From positions 3,199,442-3,263,441 of the forward strand of contig NC_068982.1 of NCBI RefSeq assembly GCF_001194135.2: a DNA stretch of 64,000 bases, read 5' to 3'. The notes beneath the pieces were generated by a model. It had not been told where the DNA came from. It saw only the letters and a program-made list of their open reading frames with translations, and searched no databases. Position 1 is the stretch's first letter, and the number at the start of each line of letters is the position of its first letter. Of this stretch, positions 50,790 through 62,189 are shown piece after piece. This DNA is from Octopus bimaculoides (Eukaryota). The position numbers and the translations under genes are program-made.

Positions 50790-50974
50790 ATACAGAAAAT
50801 TGCACTACTGGGCACTGCACACATCCTACGCAAAACACTTTCAATACAGTAACCATAAGAGCACCACAGCAAACCACAGCACATACCCAAGGCACACAGA
50901 GCTGCGCTCGGTAGTGAAGTGAAAGCACGTTATAAAAATAAAACTACTGAACAACAATAATGATAATAATAATG

Positions 50975-51062
<88 letters not shown>
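50790..51062 (+). mobile_element. R4/Dong-like 3' end with long (AAT)n tail
   Basis: IQKIALLGTAHILRKTLSIQ*, 3' UTR, then (AAT)n at about 50955-51062. Confidence 0.82.
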
Positions 51063-51065
<3 letters not shown>

Positions 51066-51370
51066 AGTGGGGAATATCAAGGTTGTGGTCAATGAAGAGA
51101 GTAGACGTGATAGCAATAGTAATTGGTGCAGTTGGAAGTATCAGAACTCAGCTATCAACATGGCTGGAAAAGATTGGTACAAATGTGAAAGTAGAACACC
51201 TACAAAAATCAGCATCGCTTGCAACTGCAAGAAATCTTCGCAGGGTTCTTGAACCATAACCAGTAAACAAGTGTCACTTTAGTCTGCTGGATGTGGACAG
51301 TTGACACTTTCCATCATGCCAAGCAAAATAAGTTGTGAGTTTTCATATAATAATAATAATAATAATAACT
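51063..51370 (+). mobile_element. R4/Dong-like 3' end, second subfamily, with (TAA)n tail
   Basis: KWGISRLWSMKRVDVIAIVIGAVGSI...VEHLQKSASLATARNLRRVLEP*. Confidence 0.85.
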
Positions 51371-51387
51371 ATTATTATTATTATTAT

Positions 51388-51500
51388 AAAGATTAAAACA
51401 ATACCTGTTGTGGTAGTTGTCCTAGGAATGATAGGAAAAAGGGCTGGTTGCTACCTACCCCAGATACCAGGAAATCCCAAAATGGAAGAAATTCAGAAAA
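51388..51500 (+). mobile_element. R4/Dong-like fragment, third subfamily, 3' truncated
   Basis: KIKTIPVVVVVLGMIGKRAGCYLPQIPGNPKMEEIQK. Confidence 0.7.
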
Positions 51501-52157
51501 TGGAAGAATGTTATTTTCTCGAACGAGTCATCCATTACCTTATTTCCGAGCACCGGCCGAGTGTGCGTGTAGAGACAGCCAAGAGAAGCATTTACCCCAG
51601 ACTGCCTTCTTCCAACTGCTAAACATGCAGGAGGATCGGTGGTGATCTGGGGTGGGGGGCTATATCTTGGAAATCCGCCGGCCCAATGGTTTCTCTTCAC
51701 GGCGGAATTAATAGTCAAGACTATTTAAGCATTTTATCTGATCAAATTCATCCTATGTTTGTGGAACTGTTTCCGGAGGGAAACACAATCTTTGAGGATG
51801 ATAATGCCCCAGGTCACACAGCTAAAGTTGTTACTGAATGGCACGAGGAACATTCTAGTGAAGTTAAACATCTTATCTGGCCACCACAGGCCCCAGATCT
51901 CAATATTATTGAACATTTATGGTGCATTTTAGAAAAAACAAGTAAGGCGTCGTTATCCTTCACCATCATCACTAGAAGAACTGGAGACTGTTTTAGCTGA
52001 AGAATGGACAAAATTCTTTTGGAAACAATTCAAACTTTGTACGAGTCCATACCTTGTAGAATTCAAGCTGTAATTACTGCCAAAGGCGGTCCTACCCCAT
52101 ATTAAAATTAATTTGTTGGAAATTTTAAGGTGCTTCCATTACTTTGTACAACCCCTG
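51501..52157 (+). mobile_element. Tc1-like transposon, catalytic half and right TIR, DD36E spacing
   Basis: WKNVIFSNES...HAGGSVVIWG...FEDDNAPGH...WPPQAPDLNIIEHLW; ends CAACCCCTG|TA. Contains a stop and frameshifts. Confidence 0.92.
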
Positions 52158-52159
52158 TA

Positions 52160-52350
52160 TATAGTTGAAATGTACAGAAAAACAAAAGACGAAGACAGGT
52201 ATATAAACAGCAAACAGGTGTATTAGTTTGACACTCGGGTAGGTGAGAAAGTTTTTTATGTTTCGAGCCTACGCTCTTCAACAGAAAGGAACACAATAAA
52301 ATAAACAGAGAGGGAATAAAAAAACTTGTGGAGTTAGCGGTCAATCATGA
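52160..52350 (-). mobile_element. second copy of the hammerhead-bearing short repeat (17160-17340)
   Basis: Reverse-complement homology, including TTTCGAGCCTACGCTCTTCAACAG. Confidence 0.85.
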
Positions 52351-52371
52351 CGATTATATTCACAAATGCCA

Positions 52372-52524
52372 AGCTTCTTTCAGTTTCCGAATAACAATTC
52401 TGTTTGTAAGGCTTTGATAGGCACAAGGCTATACCCGAAAACACTTGCCCAAGGTTCCACTCAGTAGGACGAAACCCTGAATCATGTGATTGGGAAGCAA
52501 ATTTCTTGCCGCACTGCCACGCTG

Positions 52525-52525
<1 letters not shown>
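52372..52525 (-). mobile_element. SINE family B, 5' half
   Basis: CTTCTTTCAGTTTCC...AACACTTGCCCAAGGTTCCAC. Confidence 0.8.
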
Positions 52526-52558
<33 letters not shown>

Positions 52559-53258
52559 CGAGAAGAATTTTTTTCGAATAATGATATGAATTCTTATGTT
52601 TTGTAACATTGTAAATGTGTGAAAAGTAGTAAGAAAATAAAAAGGAATATTTTTGTTTTATATATTATATGATATTACATCATAATATCTGTTAGTAGGG
52701 TCATAGGAAGCATTGCGTCATGCATTTCTCTTGATCATTATAAAAGAGATTATTTCTAATAATTATTATTAAAGCTACAGATTATATGATTTTATAATGG
52801 CAATTTTCAAATAAATATAGTTTGTTTTTAGTTCTCCTCTAAATGTAAAAAGCATCTGCAACTATTGAGACAACGATATTACCGTGAACCCAAACTGGAA
52901 CAGTATTTGTATTGAGCTAATTGGAATATTGTTATAAAATACAATTTTCAGATTTACGAGTATACAGGAGAAACAGAAGTGATCAAAGGGACAATATGGA
53001 ACAACTAAATCTCATATAATAATATTGTTGCGAAACATTTGTGTCATATTTCATTATATTATGCTTTTGAAGAACGACTAAAGTGCCGTTGAAAATTTAT
53101 TACAAATTTCCCCCGGGCACAGAATAAACATGCAAAAACAAAAAAGAATCGTGACATATACATGGTGTATATGTGTGGGAGTGGGTGCATGTATGGATGG
53201 ATATATATATACCCACGCACATACACACACACACTCAGACACATAAGCACACACACAC

Positions 53259-53343
<85 letters not shown>

Positions 53344-53409
53344 TATATGTGTATAATAATTTGTATTCTTATATGTGTGTATATGTGTGTGTGTGTGTTT
53401 GTATGTGTA

Positions 53410-53451
<42 letters not shown>

Positions 53452-54220
53452 ATGTATGTTTATATGCACAACTATGTACAAATAAATCAATAAATCTGCA
53501 TATTCATTACGTATGGATGCACATATGTGCGCGGGTGTGTGTGCATGTATATATATATGTTTATATATACACACGCACACTTATATGTTTATATACACAC
53601 GCATACATATATGTTTACTTATGTATATAAATATATATATGCCTGTATGTGTGTATATGCGTGTGTGTGTGTGTGTGTGTAGGCTAGAAATGGACATTAA
53701 CAGAGACATTCAAGTTATGTTTTAGCTAAGCAATATTTAATTATTGAGAGTACTTCTCCTTAGCAACTCAGCAGATAGCTGGTACAATTATTTTATCCAT
53801 TTCAGAATTAAATTAACAGGAATTATGGTCTTTGTATACGGTATAAAATGGACATGTTACATTTATCTCAAGTAAACAGGTGTTTCGCTGAATAGTCACT
53901 TTGTCAGCCACTGTTGAACTAAAGACTGATATTCATTTTGCTACATAATTTATGTTGCGTTTACTGGCTTCAAGATTTTAATATCGTATTTCGTATATTT
54001 CTCAGTCTAGATTGACCAAAAGAACGATGTTGTCAATACATATATTAGTGAAAATTTTTACCTGTCAACTATTGAGATGAGTTTTTTTTATTTTCTCTAC
54101 AGGTAAAAGTTTGAGGTATATATATATGTCTGTGTACATTGATGTATGTATGTGCGTGTATGTATGTATGTAAGTATGTATGTGTGTATATATGTATATA
54201 TGCATGTATTTGCGTGTATG

Positions 54221-56234
54221 TATTTTTTATATCCTTGTATTGGATATATAATATAACGGAGCAGGGGAAAAGGAAGAATATACACGACGCACTATAATTA
54301 CTATTGCACGGGACTCAATGCTCTTTATGAAAGGTTTACGTTGAACTGCTACCAACACGAACTGCCAATCGCTCACATTTCTTTACTTTTTAATAATGAT
54401 CCAGTCTATCGTTTAGTTACTTGAGGGGTGGTCGGAATCCTTCCACAACATCTAACCTTTTTAGAATCAAAAGCCTCTCACTTCTCCCTTTTGGAGAATT
54501 GAACTCCGCTCCGAGTTTTAATATCTCTAACACATAGGGTTCTATTCCAGTGGGGAAAAGTTAGCACACACTCTGATTTCATTATTCCTTTTCTTAACGA
54601 ACACAGTTGATGATGCCCATTCAGAGTATTCCACTTTTTGGATAATTCCATTTTTTCTAGTCTCTCTAACTATAAGGTTTATCTGTTCTAACGCTGTATG
54701 ATTTAACACAAAAACTTTAGGCTTTAAGGTTTTTTCACGAAATGAATTGTCACTTATCAATTCAACCTTAAAATATAATTTTTTTTTCCTGAAACACCAC
54801 GGACAATTTTCGAGGTTCCATTTAAGTTAGGTCTTCCGATCTTTTTCCATGTATCTGTATTTATTATCGAGATGTCAGTGCCTGTATCCAATTCTAATTC
54901 TACGTTGGTGTTATTAATTTTTGCATACACAAATTTTCTCTGAGGCTCGTTCGTATTTTTGTCACCGATAATTCGTCTACGTGAATTTTTTCTGTTAAAC
55001 CGTTTATTATGTTCTGTTCTATAATGCAACTTTTTGTGGCCTATTCTACCACATTTGTAGCATTTTATATTTTTAAACGGACAGTTCTTTCTAAAATGTA
55101 GACCACTGCACCATAACATGAATTCAGTCTTGATATTTTTTCTGTATTTTCTTATTCGCTACCGGTCGACACGTTTGAATCTGAGAACAATCTTTCTCTT
55201 CAAATTTATTTCCGTCATGTCGTAGATTAATAATCCTCTGACATTCTTCTGCTACTGCTTGTACAGTTAAATTTTGGTCCTGTTCTAATTTTGTTAACAT
55301 CCGGAAACGTATATCTGCATCTTTGCTTACAGTAAGCCCTTGAAAAAAGAATTAAAGACTCGAACATGTCCGGAGTCAACTAATTCAATTCGAATTTCTC
55401 ACACTTTCTGTTAAACACTCCGGCATAGGTGACGAAATTTTCATCATCTTTTTTTACCAAAATTAAACATTATCAGTGAGTATTTAACAGAGAACTTCTT
55501 TCATTGAAGATTTTCGATAAAATATTGTTTCATCGAAACAAATCTCACCTGGCTTCCTCGGCAGAATATAATTATTATGTTTTCCGTGTTCGTCAGGGAA
55601 TAACTTTCTTAAAAGTAGTCGTACTTTTCTTTCGTCGGACCAACTTTCACACTATTCTTTGAAGATTTATAAATATCTACGAAAATATGCAGAGAAGGTA
55701 ATCCCGTCTTCAGGATTATAGCTGAATTCCTCAACTGAGTTTACTACGCTGTCTTGCTAGTACGAACCTGAAGTATTTTCAGACTCCATCAACATTAATT
55801 CCAGCAACTGTTGGTTTTGTTTTTGTTGTTGTAGTTACTGCCGCTGCAATTGTTGTTATAACTGTTGTTGCTGCTGCTGTTGCTCTTGCAAATGTACAAC
55901 TGTGGCCAATAAGTCTTCCATGTTAAAACGATATTTTTTCTTTAGTTTCGTACCAAAAAATCAAAAAATTTTAAACGTCCAACGCACGTTTCGAAGAACG
56001 CGTCGCCACTTTTATATCTTTGTATTGGAAATATAATGTAACGAAGCAGAGGGAAGAAATCATATACACGATGCACTACTATTTCTATTACACGAGACCC
56101 AATGCTCCATATCAAAGGCTCACAGTGAACTCCTATCAAGATGAACTGCCAATCGCTCACAGTTCTTCGTTTTATAACAATGAGTCAGTCCACCTATAAG
56201 TCACTTGAGGGGTGGTCGGAATCCTTCCACAGCA
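54221..56234 (-). mobile_element. internally deleted Gypsy LTR retrotransposon (LTR-PBS-gag-PR-RT start-PPT-LTR)
   Basis: LTRs at about 54221-54450 and 56010-56234 start TG(T/C)TGTGG on minus. PBS TGGCGACG 56001-56008; PPT AAAAAGGTTAGA 54451-54462. gag ATG at 55921, knuckle CYKCGRIGH, protease LDTGTDISII, RT start GIIQKVEYSEWAS. GTATG on both flanks. Confidence 0.92.
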
Positions 56235-56264
56235 GTATGTAAGTATTTATGTATGTGAACATCG

Positions 56265-56960
56265 TCCACGGAAGCTCAACATGCGGACACTTACGTGAAT
56301 CAATGAATCGGGCATTGCGCTGGCCACCAAGTTGAAGGCGTATCATGCAGTTGTACGCCTGTGAGACTTGGGCAGTTAATGAACTCCACGCCAAAAAGCT
56401 AAACTGTTTCTGCACAAACTGCCAGAGAAAATTGGTGAAAATCACCTAGCAAAGCATGGTCCCAGACACGGAGATCTTCTCTCGAGCTGTCTGCGAAATA
56501 GCTATGCGTTGCCGAGGAGAGCACAAGCCAGGTGTGCAGGCCATCTTCTTCAAACACCTGACGCACCACTCACCAAGAGACTGCTTTACAATGAACTGGC
56601 GGAAATGAAACGCACGCAAGTGCCTTAAGGATATACTCAAAGCCTCACTGATGCACTTTGAGATCAACCCTGACACCGAGGAAACGCAAGCACAAGACCG
56701 CCTTGCCTAGCAAATTTGCGCCAACAGAGGCACCGACTCCTACGAACAAAACAAGGATTGCAGGAACACAAAGAATACGTGAGCTGCGCAAGTCCAGCAA
56801 CTCCTAGTCTTCAGTCCCAGCAGATTATCAATGCCCAACTTGCGGCCGAGTCTTCTGAGCACGTATCCGACTGATCGGCCACAACTAGATACACCATGCC
56901 CTGTCTTCTTCACCCATGCGATATCCCTGGTCATCGTCCATAGCGACAGAGGAACTAACG
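56265..56960 (+). mobile_element. RTE (BovB-like) LINE 3' fragment
   Basis: TKLKAYHAVV/YACETW...KRLLYNEL...QDRLA*...CPTCGRVF*ARIRLIGH, with stops and frameshifts. Confidence 0.88.
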
Positions 56961-57789
56961 ATGTATGTATGCGTAGATAAATTCCTGCATACATCTCATA
57001 TATCCTCACTTATGCAAATGCAAGCACAATGTAAACACACTCACGTACGTGATTGGTTAATTTAATCATGTGCGTGTATATGTATGTGTGTGTGAGTATA
57101 AGTATGTGCATTTGTACATATGAATGCATGCATGTGTGTGTGTGTATTTATGAATACCTATAAATATATTCGTCTACATATTTGGCTTTTTACTCACATA
57201 CATTGGCATAAAATGAAAGAAAAAGACTGATAGAGAAACCAAGCGAGGCAAAGTGAATGAAGGAAGGAATCACGCACACTGTGTATTTTTTTGCTATTTA
57301 CTACTTTGGTAATAAAAACCAAAATTTCAGAACGTGATACATGCATGAATAAATATGAAATATTCAAGTATTTTGTTGGTGTATCATATTTCCACAGAAT
57401 TCTATTCTATATCTTTATTCTACTCTAATGGATTTGTGGAGGCGCCGTTGGATAGCATTAAGCTCTTGGCGTCAACAACTTAATTTAGATTGCATTCTTG
57501 CTGAAACCAGCATACATAATTCCTATTTCTCATCATGCATGCCATTTCAAGCGTAGTCAGTTCCATAACTCGAAGAAAGATCGACTCTACTGAGTTTATT
57601 TGACTTTGACAGTTTGTAGAAATGTAGAAATCTGCAAATAGTGACCGATTGGTCCAACGAAAATTATACTGCACATTTTCCTTTCATAATATGGTTATCT
57701 ACGGAAATATATTTAAGCATATTTTCTATTATTGAATACAGTGTTTGAATTTCACAAGATTTACAAGCAAATCATTACCCTTTTTTATA

Positions 57790-57980
57790 GTCACAAAGCC
57801 CTAAAATTTGTAAGAGTGGGGGCAACTCTTTTTCATCGACCCCGCTACTTCAGTTATAGTTATTTATCGATGAAAGGCAAATCGACCGCAGTGGAATTTG
57901 AACTCTCGACTCAGTCCGAAGAATTTCCGCTAAAGCATTTTTTTCCGGAGTGCTAACGATTTTGCGAGTTGATCGCCTTT
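57790..57980 (-). mobile_element. SINE family A, diverged
   Basis: GATGAAAGGCAAATCGACCGCAGTGGAATTTGAACTC...GTGCTAACGAT. Confidence 0.7.
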
Positions 57981-58467
57981 AGTAAAATATTAACTCTGGC
58001 AAACTTTAATGGGTGATGTGAACTTCCTTTCTTGTGATTTCAAATTCCTCGAAGGTCACTTTTAGCAGTCATTCATTTGAGATCCATAAAAATACAGACT
58101 CGGCAATCCAGGGCAATGGATTGATAGAATTGTTTCAGTGAAGATTCTTTGTGATATCTGCTCTGATTCTATATGACCTGATAGTGACACATAGAGCCAC
58201 ATTGTTGCAATGGTGTTTTCCTTTGAGAAATATATGTGGCTTGGAGAGGAGATGCTTACATGCCGAAGCCGGCTTCTTGATCCCGAGCAGATACCTGCTC
58301 CAGAAAGGTAACGAGGAACCACTTACTATCGACTTAATAACGTAATATGATGCACGTCCCTTGTAACGTAATTTTAATAGATGCCTTCTGCTTATAATGG
58401 AAATAATATTTTAAGAAATAAGTGATGAGAAACATATTATCTTCTGTAAAATTAATGTGACTCTAGA

Positions 58468-58595
58468 GTAAGAAGTTTATGTTCGAGGTTCAGTCCCACT
58501 GCGTGGACAAGAGTCTTCTAGTATAGTCTCAGGCTGACCAAAAGCTTTGTGAGTGGATTTCGTAGCTGGAAACTGAAAGACGAGCATCGTACGTA
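58468..58595 (+). mobile_element. SINE family B, 5' half with small deletions, followed by (TG)n and a gap
   Basis: GGTTCAGTCCCACTGCGTGG...GTGAGTGGATTT...GAAACTGAAAGA. Confidence 0.8.
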
Positions 58596-58596
58596 G

Positions 58597-58644
<48 letters not shown>

Positions 58645-59290
58645 NNNNNNNNNNNNNNNNNNNNNNNNNNNNNNNNNNNNNNNNNNNNNNNNNNNNNNNN
58701 NNNNNNNNNNNNNNNNNNNNNNNNNNNNNNNNNNNNNNNNNNNNNNNNNNNNNNNNNNNNNNNNNNNNNNNNNNNNNNNNNNNNNNNNNNNNNNNNNTAT
58801 ATATATATAGACGTTTAGATAGAATTTGCAATATCCTAATATTCTTTCAATTTAAAATTAATAATCGATGTCCCCTAATCAGCAAAAGAACCAATAACGT
58901 TTTTTTTTTTCTTTCTTTTGTTAATATCTTGTAATCCTGCTTCAATGGCATTAATAATTTTAAAAATAGGTATTGTTTATGAAGTAAATTGCTGTCTTCT
59001 CGATAAATATATTGTCTCCCACATGAAACCTCTGTAATAATAACACATTTTAGATAATATAATATCGCAATATGTAAAGTAATATATGCTATTTTAGCAT
59101 TTGTTTGGTTTCTTTCTATTAGATGTATTACAAACATCCATTATCTTGAGAGGAGGTGTTTTTCAAATAGTTTTTCTATAATATACGCATTTAATTATGC
59201 TTTTGTCTTTTTTATCTTTCATTTTTCCATGTGATTATATGGAATCTACATACATGAGAACACACCGACACGCACACACAAGCGCATACG

Positions 59291-59331
<41 letters not shown>

Positions 59332-59434
59332 GTATCTATATATCTATGCGTGTATCTCTTTATTTATATATATATGAGGAAAATAAGACAAGGTAGAAAA
59401 TACTAAAATGATTTTATCATGAAGAACATTTTAG

Positions 59435-59464
59435 TACCGGTTTCAGTCTTTGCGACTTTTTCAA
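59435..59464 (-). ncRNA. hammerhead-like motif in the Penelope-like terminal repeat, U3-A8 variant
   Basis: TTGAAAA | AGTC-GCAAA-GACT | GAA | ACCGGT | A. Stem I is weak. Confidence 0.5.
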
Positions 59465-59683
59465 GCCTGAAAAACAATTAAATCGTGGGAAAATTAAATG
59501 AAATGTTTTTTTTTTTTTATATATTTCCATAGTTTTCAAATACAAGGGACATTTTCTTTTTCTAAGTCTGTCTTTTGTCTCTCATTTTTACTCTGGTGGG
59601 TTCTAGGTAGTTAGCAGCAGCTAATTTGATATGAATTCTTGCCTTTGATTGTCTAAGCAGCAGTAGCAGTAGAGAAAGAGAAA

Positions 59684-59770
59684 GAAGAAGAAGGCGAAGA
59701 AGAAGAAGAAGAAGAAGAAGAAGAAGAAGAAGAAGAAGAAGAAGAAGAAGAAGAAGAAGAAGAAGAAGAA
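59684..59770. repeat. (GAA)n microsatellite inside the Penelope-like 3' region
   Basis: Read directly. Confidence 0.97.
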
Positions 59771-61113
59771 TGCGGGAGTAGTATGATAGTAGCAGGGTGT
59801 TGGTGGAATCCTCTTAAATGGTCAAGTAAGCTAAAAGTGACCCGTTGTGGTTGGAATTGTTCTGAATAAACTTATGTCAAGTGACTGTTTTAAATATATC
59901 GTTTTTAATATTTTCGTGTGTTATGCTAAGGCCCTGGTGATAGTGTTATTTGTGATGGATGCATTCAAAAAGGGTTTATATTTTGTGATAAAAAAATGAC
60001 TCTTTATTAATGCGCTGACTTCAGTTGTATCGTCCCCGAATTGACAGAGGGGAAAAATTCTGAAGCTGGGTTGTTTGTTATTGGCGCAAATATCGATGTG
60101 TTCGCTGGATGCTATTTTTCTGTATTTCGGAATTTTGATCTGGGATATCTGCAGAGCCATCCTTTGACGTAGGCTGTTTTTGGTTTGGCCTATGTATTGA
60201 TCACGACACCCAGTGCAGGTTAATGTACATATCAGGTTCTCCGAAGCATATGTGAAGTTGCTTTCCACTGTGAAACGTTGAAAGAAAACTCTGATCCCTC
60301 AATTAAATTGTCGCCTATACCACAATTGGGTCTTCCGCATTTTTTTACTGATGGTTTCAGTATTCGGGCTTGTGTTAGGAGACTTTTCATAGATTTGGGC
60401 TGTCGTTTGCTCTTTATGATGGTGTGCGTTTGAAGGATTCAATTCATTCTGTGGTCTCTTTTTAGTAGGGGAATGCTTTAGAGGATGGTGTCGAAGGCTT
60501 CATTGTTAAGAGGGTTGTTTGTGGATATGTATGGTAGGGCTTTTGGTTGTAAATCCTTCTTTAATTTGGGATGTCTGAGTTCGTGGATGTTGAGTTGCAG
60601 GACACGTTCAAAGCATATTAATTAGGGATGACGGGTAGTTCCTGGTACTAAGTGTATCCTTTAGTTCATGCAGTCGTGTGTCCCTGGCGCTTGTATTAGA
60701 AACTATAATACAAATCCTTTTTTGCTAGGTTGAAGGGGATATTCATTCTGGTGTGTCTGTGGTGGCATGAGTTGAACGGTAGATATTGCTTGGAGCACGT
60801 GGGCTTATGGTATAGATCTGTTTCTATTTCGTTGTTAGATTTCTTAATGAGGATGTCGAGGAAGAGAAGTTGTTGATGTCTATATCCCACCGTGAATTGA
60901 ATGCTTACGTCAACTCCATTTATATGTGCATGAAATTCTTTAAATCTTTCTATACTTTCATGGCAAAGAATGAAACAGTCATCCAGATACCTCTTCCAGT
61001 TATTTTCTATGTAGAGAGAGTATGGGTTGCCGTATTTTTCTAGTACCTTACGACAAAGACTGATTTCTAGATATATGTGTGTGTGTATATATGTATATAT
61101 GTATATATATATT

Positions 61114-61146
<33 letters not shown>

Positions 61147-61153
61147 ATATTCT

Positions 61154-61345
61154 GTTATTCTTTTATACGTTTCAGTCATTTGACTGCGGCCATGATGGAG
61201 CACCGTCTTGTAGTCGAACAAATCTACCCCAAGATTATTCTTCGTAAACCTAGTATTTATCTTATTAGTTTCTTTTGACGAACCGCTAAGTTACATGGAC
61301 GTAAACACGACAACATTGGTTATCAAGCAATGATGGGGAGAGAAA
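61154..61345 (-). mobile_element. SINE family B, 3' half
   Basis: GTTTCAGTCATTTGACTGCGGCCATGATGGAGCACCG...GAACCGCTAAGTTAC. Confidence 0.88.
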
Positions 61346-61989
61346 CATACACACACATACGCACACACACACATACANNNNNNNNNNNNNNNNNNNNNNN
61401 NNNNNNNNNNNNNNNNNNNNNNNNNNNNNNNNNNNNNNNNNNNNNNNNNNNNNNNNNNNNNNNNNNNNNNNNNNNNNNNNNNNNNNNNNNNNNNNNNNNN
61501 NNNNNNNNNNNNNNNNNNNNNNNNNNNNNNNNNNNNNNNNNNNNNNNNNNNNNNNNNNNNNNNNNNNNNNNNNNNNNNNNNNNNNNNNNNNNNNNNNNNN
61601 NNNNNNNNNNNNNNNNNNNNNNNNNNNNNNNNNNNNNNNNNNNNNNNNNNNNNNNNNNNNNNNNNNNNNNNNNNNNNNNNNNNNNNNNNNNNNNNNNNNN
61701 NNNNNNNNNNNNNNNNNNNNNNNNNNNNNNNNNNNNNNNNNNNNNNNNNNNNNNNNNNNNNNNNNNNNNNNNNNNNNNNNNNNNNNNNNNNNNNNNNNNN
61801 NNNNNNNNNNNNNNNNNNNNNNNNNNNNNNNNNNNNNNNNNNNNNNNNNNNNNNNNNNNNNNNNNNNNNNNNNNNNNNNNNNNNNNNNNNNNNNNNNNNN
61901 NNNNNNNNNNNNNNNNNNNNNNNNNNNNNNNNNNNNNNNNNNNNNNNNNNNNNNNNNNATATATATATATATATATATACATATATATA

Positions 61990-62125
61990 TAGTTGAAATT
62001 TACAGAAAACACAAAAGACGAAGCTAGGTGTATGAACAACAAACAGGTGTATTAGTTTAACGCTCAGGAAGGTGAGAAAGTCTTTTACATTTCGAGCCTG
62101 CGTTCTTCAGCAGAAGGAAACGCGA
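61990..62125 (-). mobile_element. third copy of the hammerhead-bearing short repeat
   Basis: Minus strand CTGCTGAAGAACGCAGGCTCGAAATGTA; flanks match 52160-52350. Confidence 0.85.
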
Positions 62126-62189
62126 GAAAATTCTTATTTAAATGTTAAAATAGAAACTCAAACAACAAACGCATCAAATAAATTAATGC

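Larger units (their letters stand above)
59380..61070 (-). mobile_element. Penelope-like element, 5' truncated (RT C-terminus + GIY-YIG + terminal repeat)
   Basis: NWKRYLDDCFIL...FLDILIKK...TDLYHKPT...YLPFNSCH; GIY-YIG NLICTLTCTGCRDQYIGQTKNSLRQRM. The downstream repeat also occurs at 5310-5530. Confidence 0.92.
385..61958. other. 11 assembly gaps (N runs)
   Basis: N at 385-484, 4470-5202, 17660-18060, 23573-24031, 31029-31323, 33514-34245, 37653-37663, 37984-37993, 45586-45614, 58645-58797, 61378-61958. Most are flanked by (TA)n, (TG)n or (GA)n. Confidence 0.98.

Noticed and set aside
147-62042. Long ORFs rich in YI/CV/HT dipeptides or X
   Set aside because: Translations of (TA)n, (TG)n, (CA)n and N gaps.
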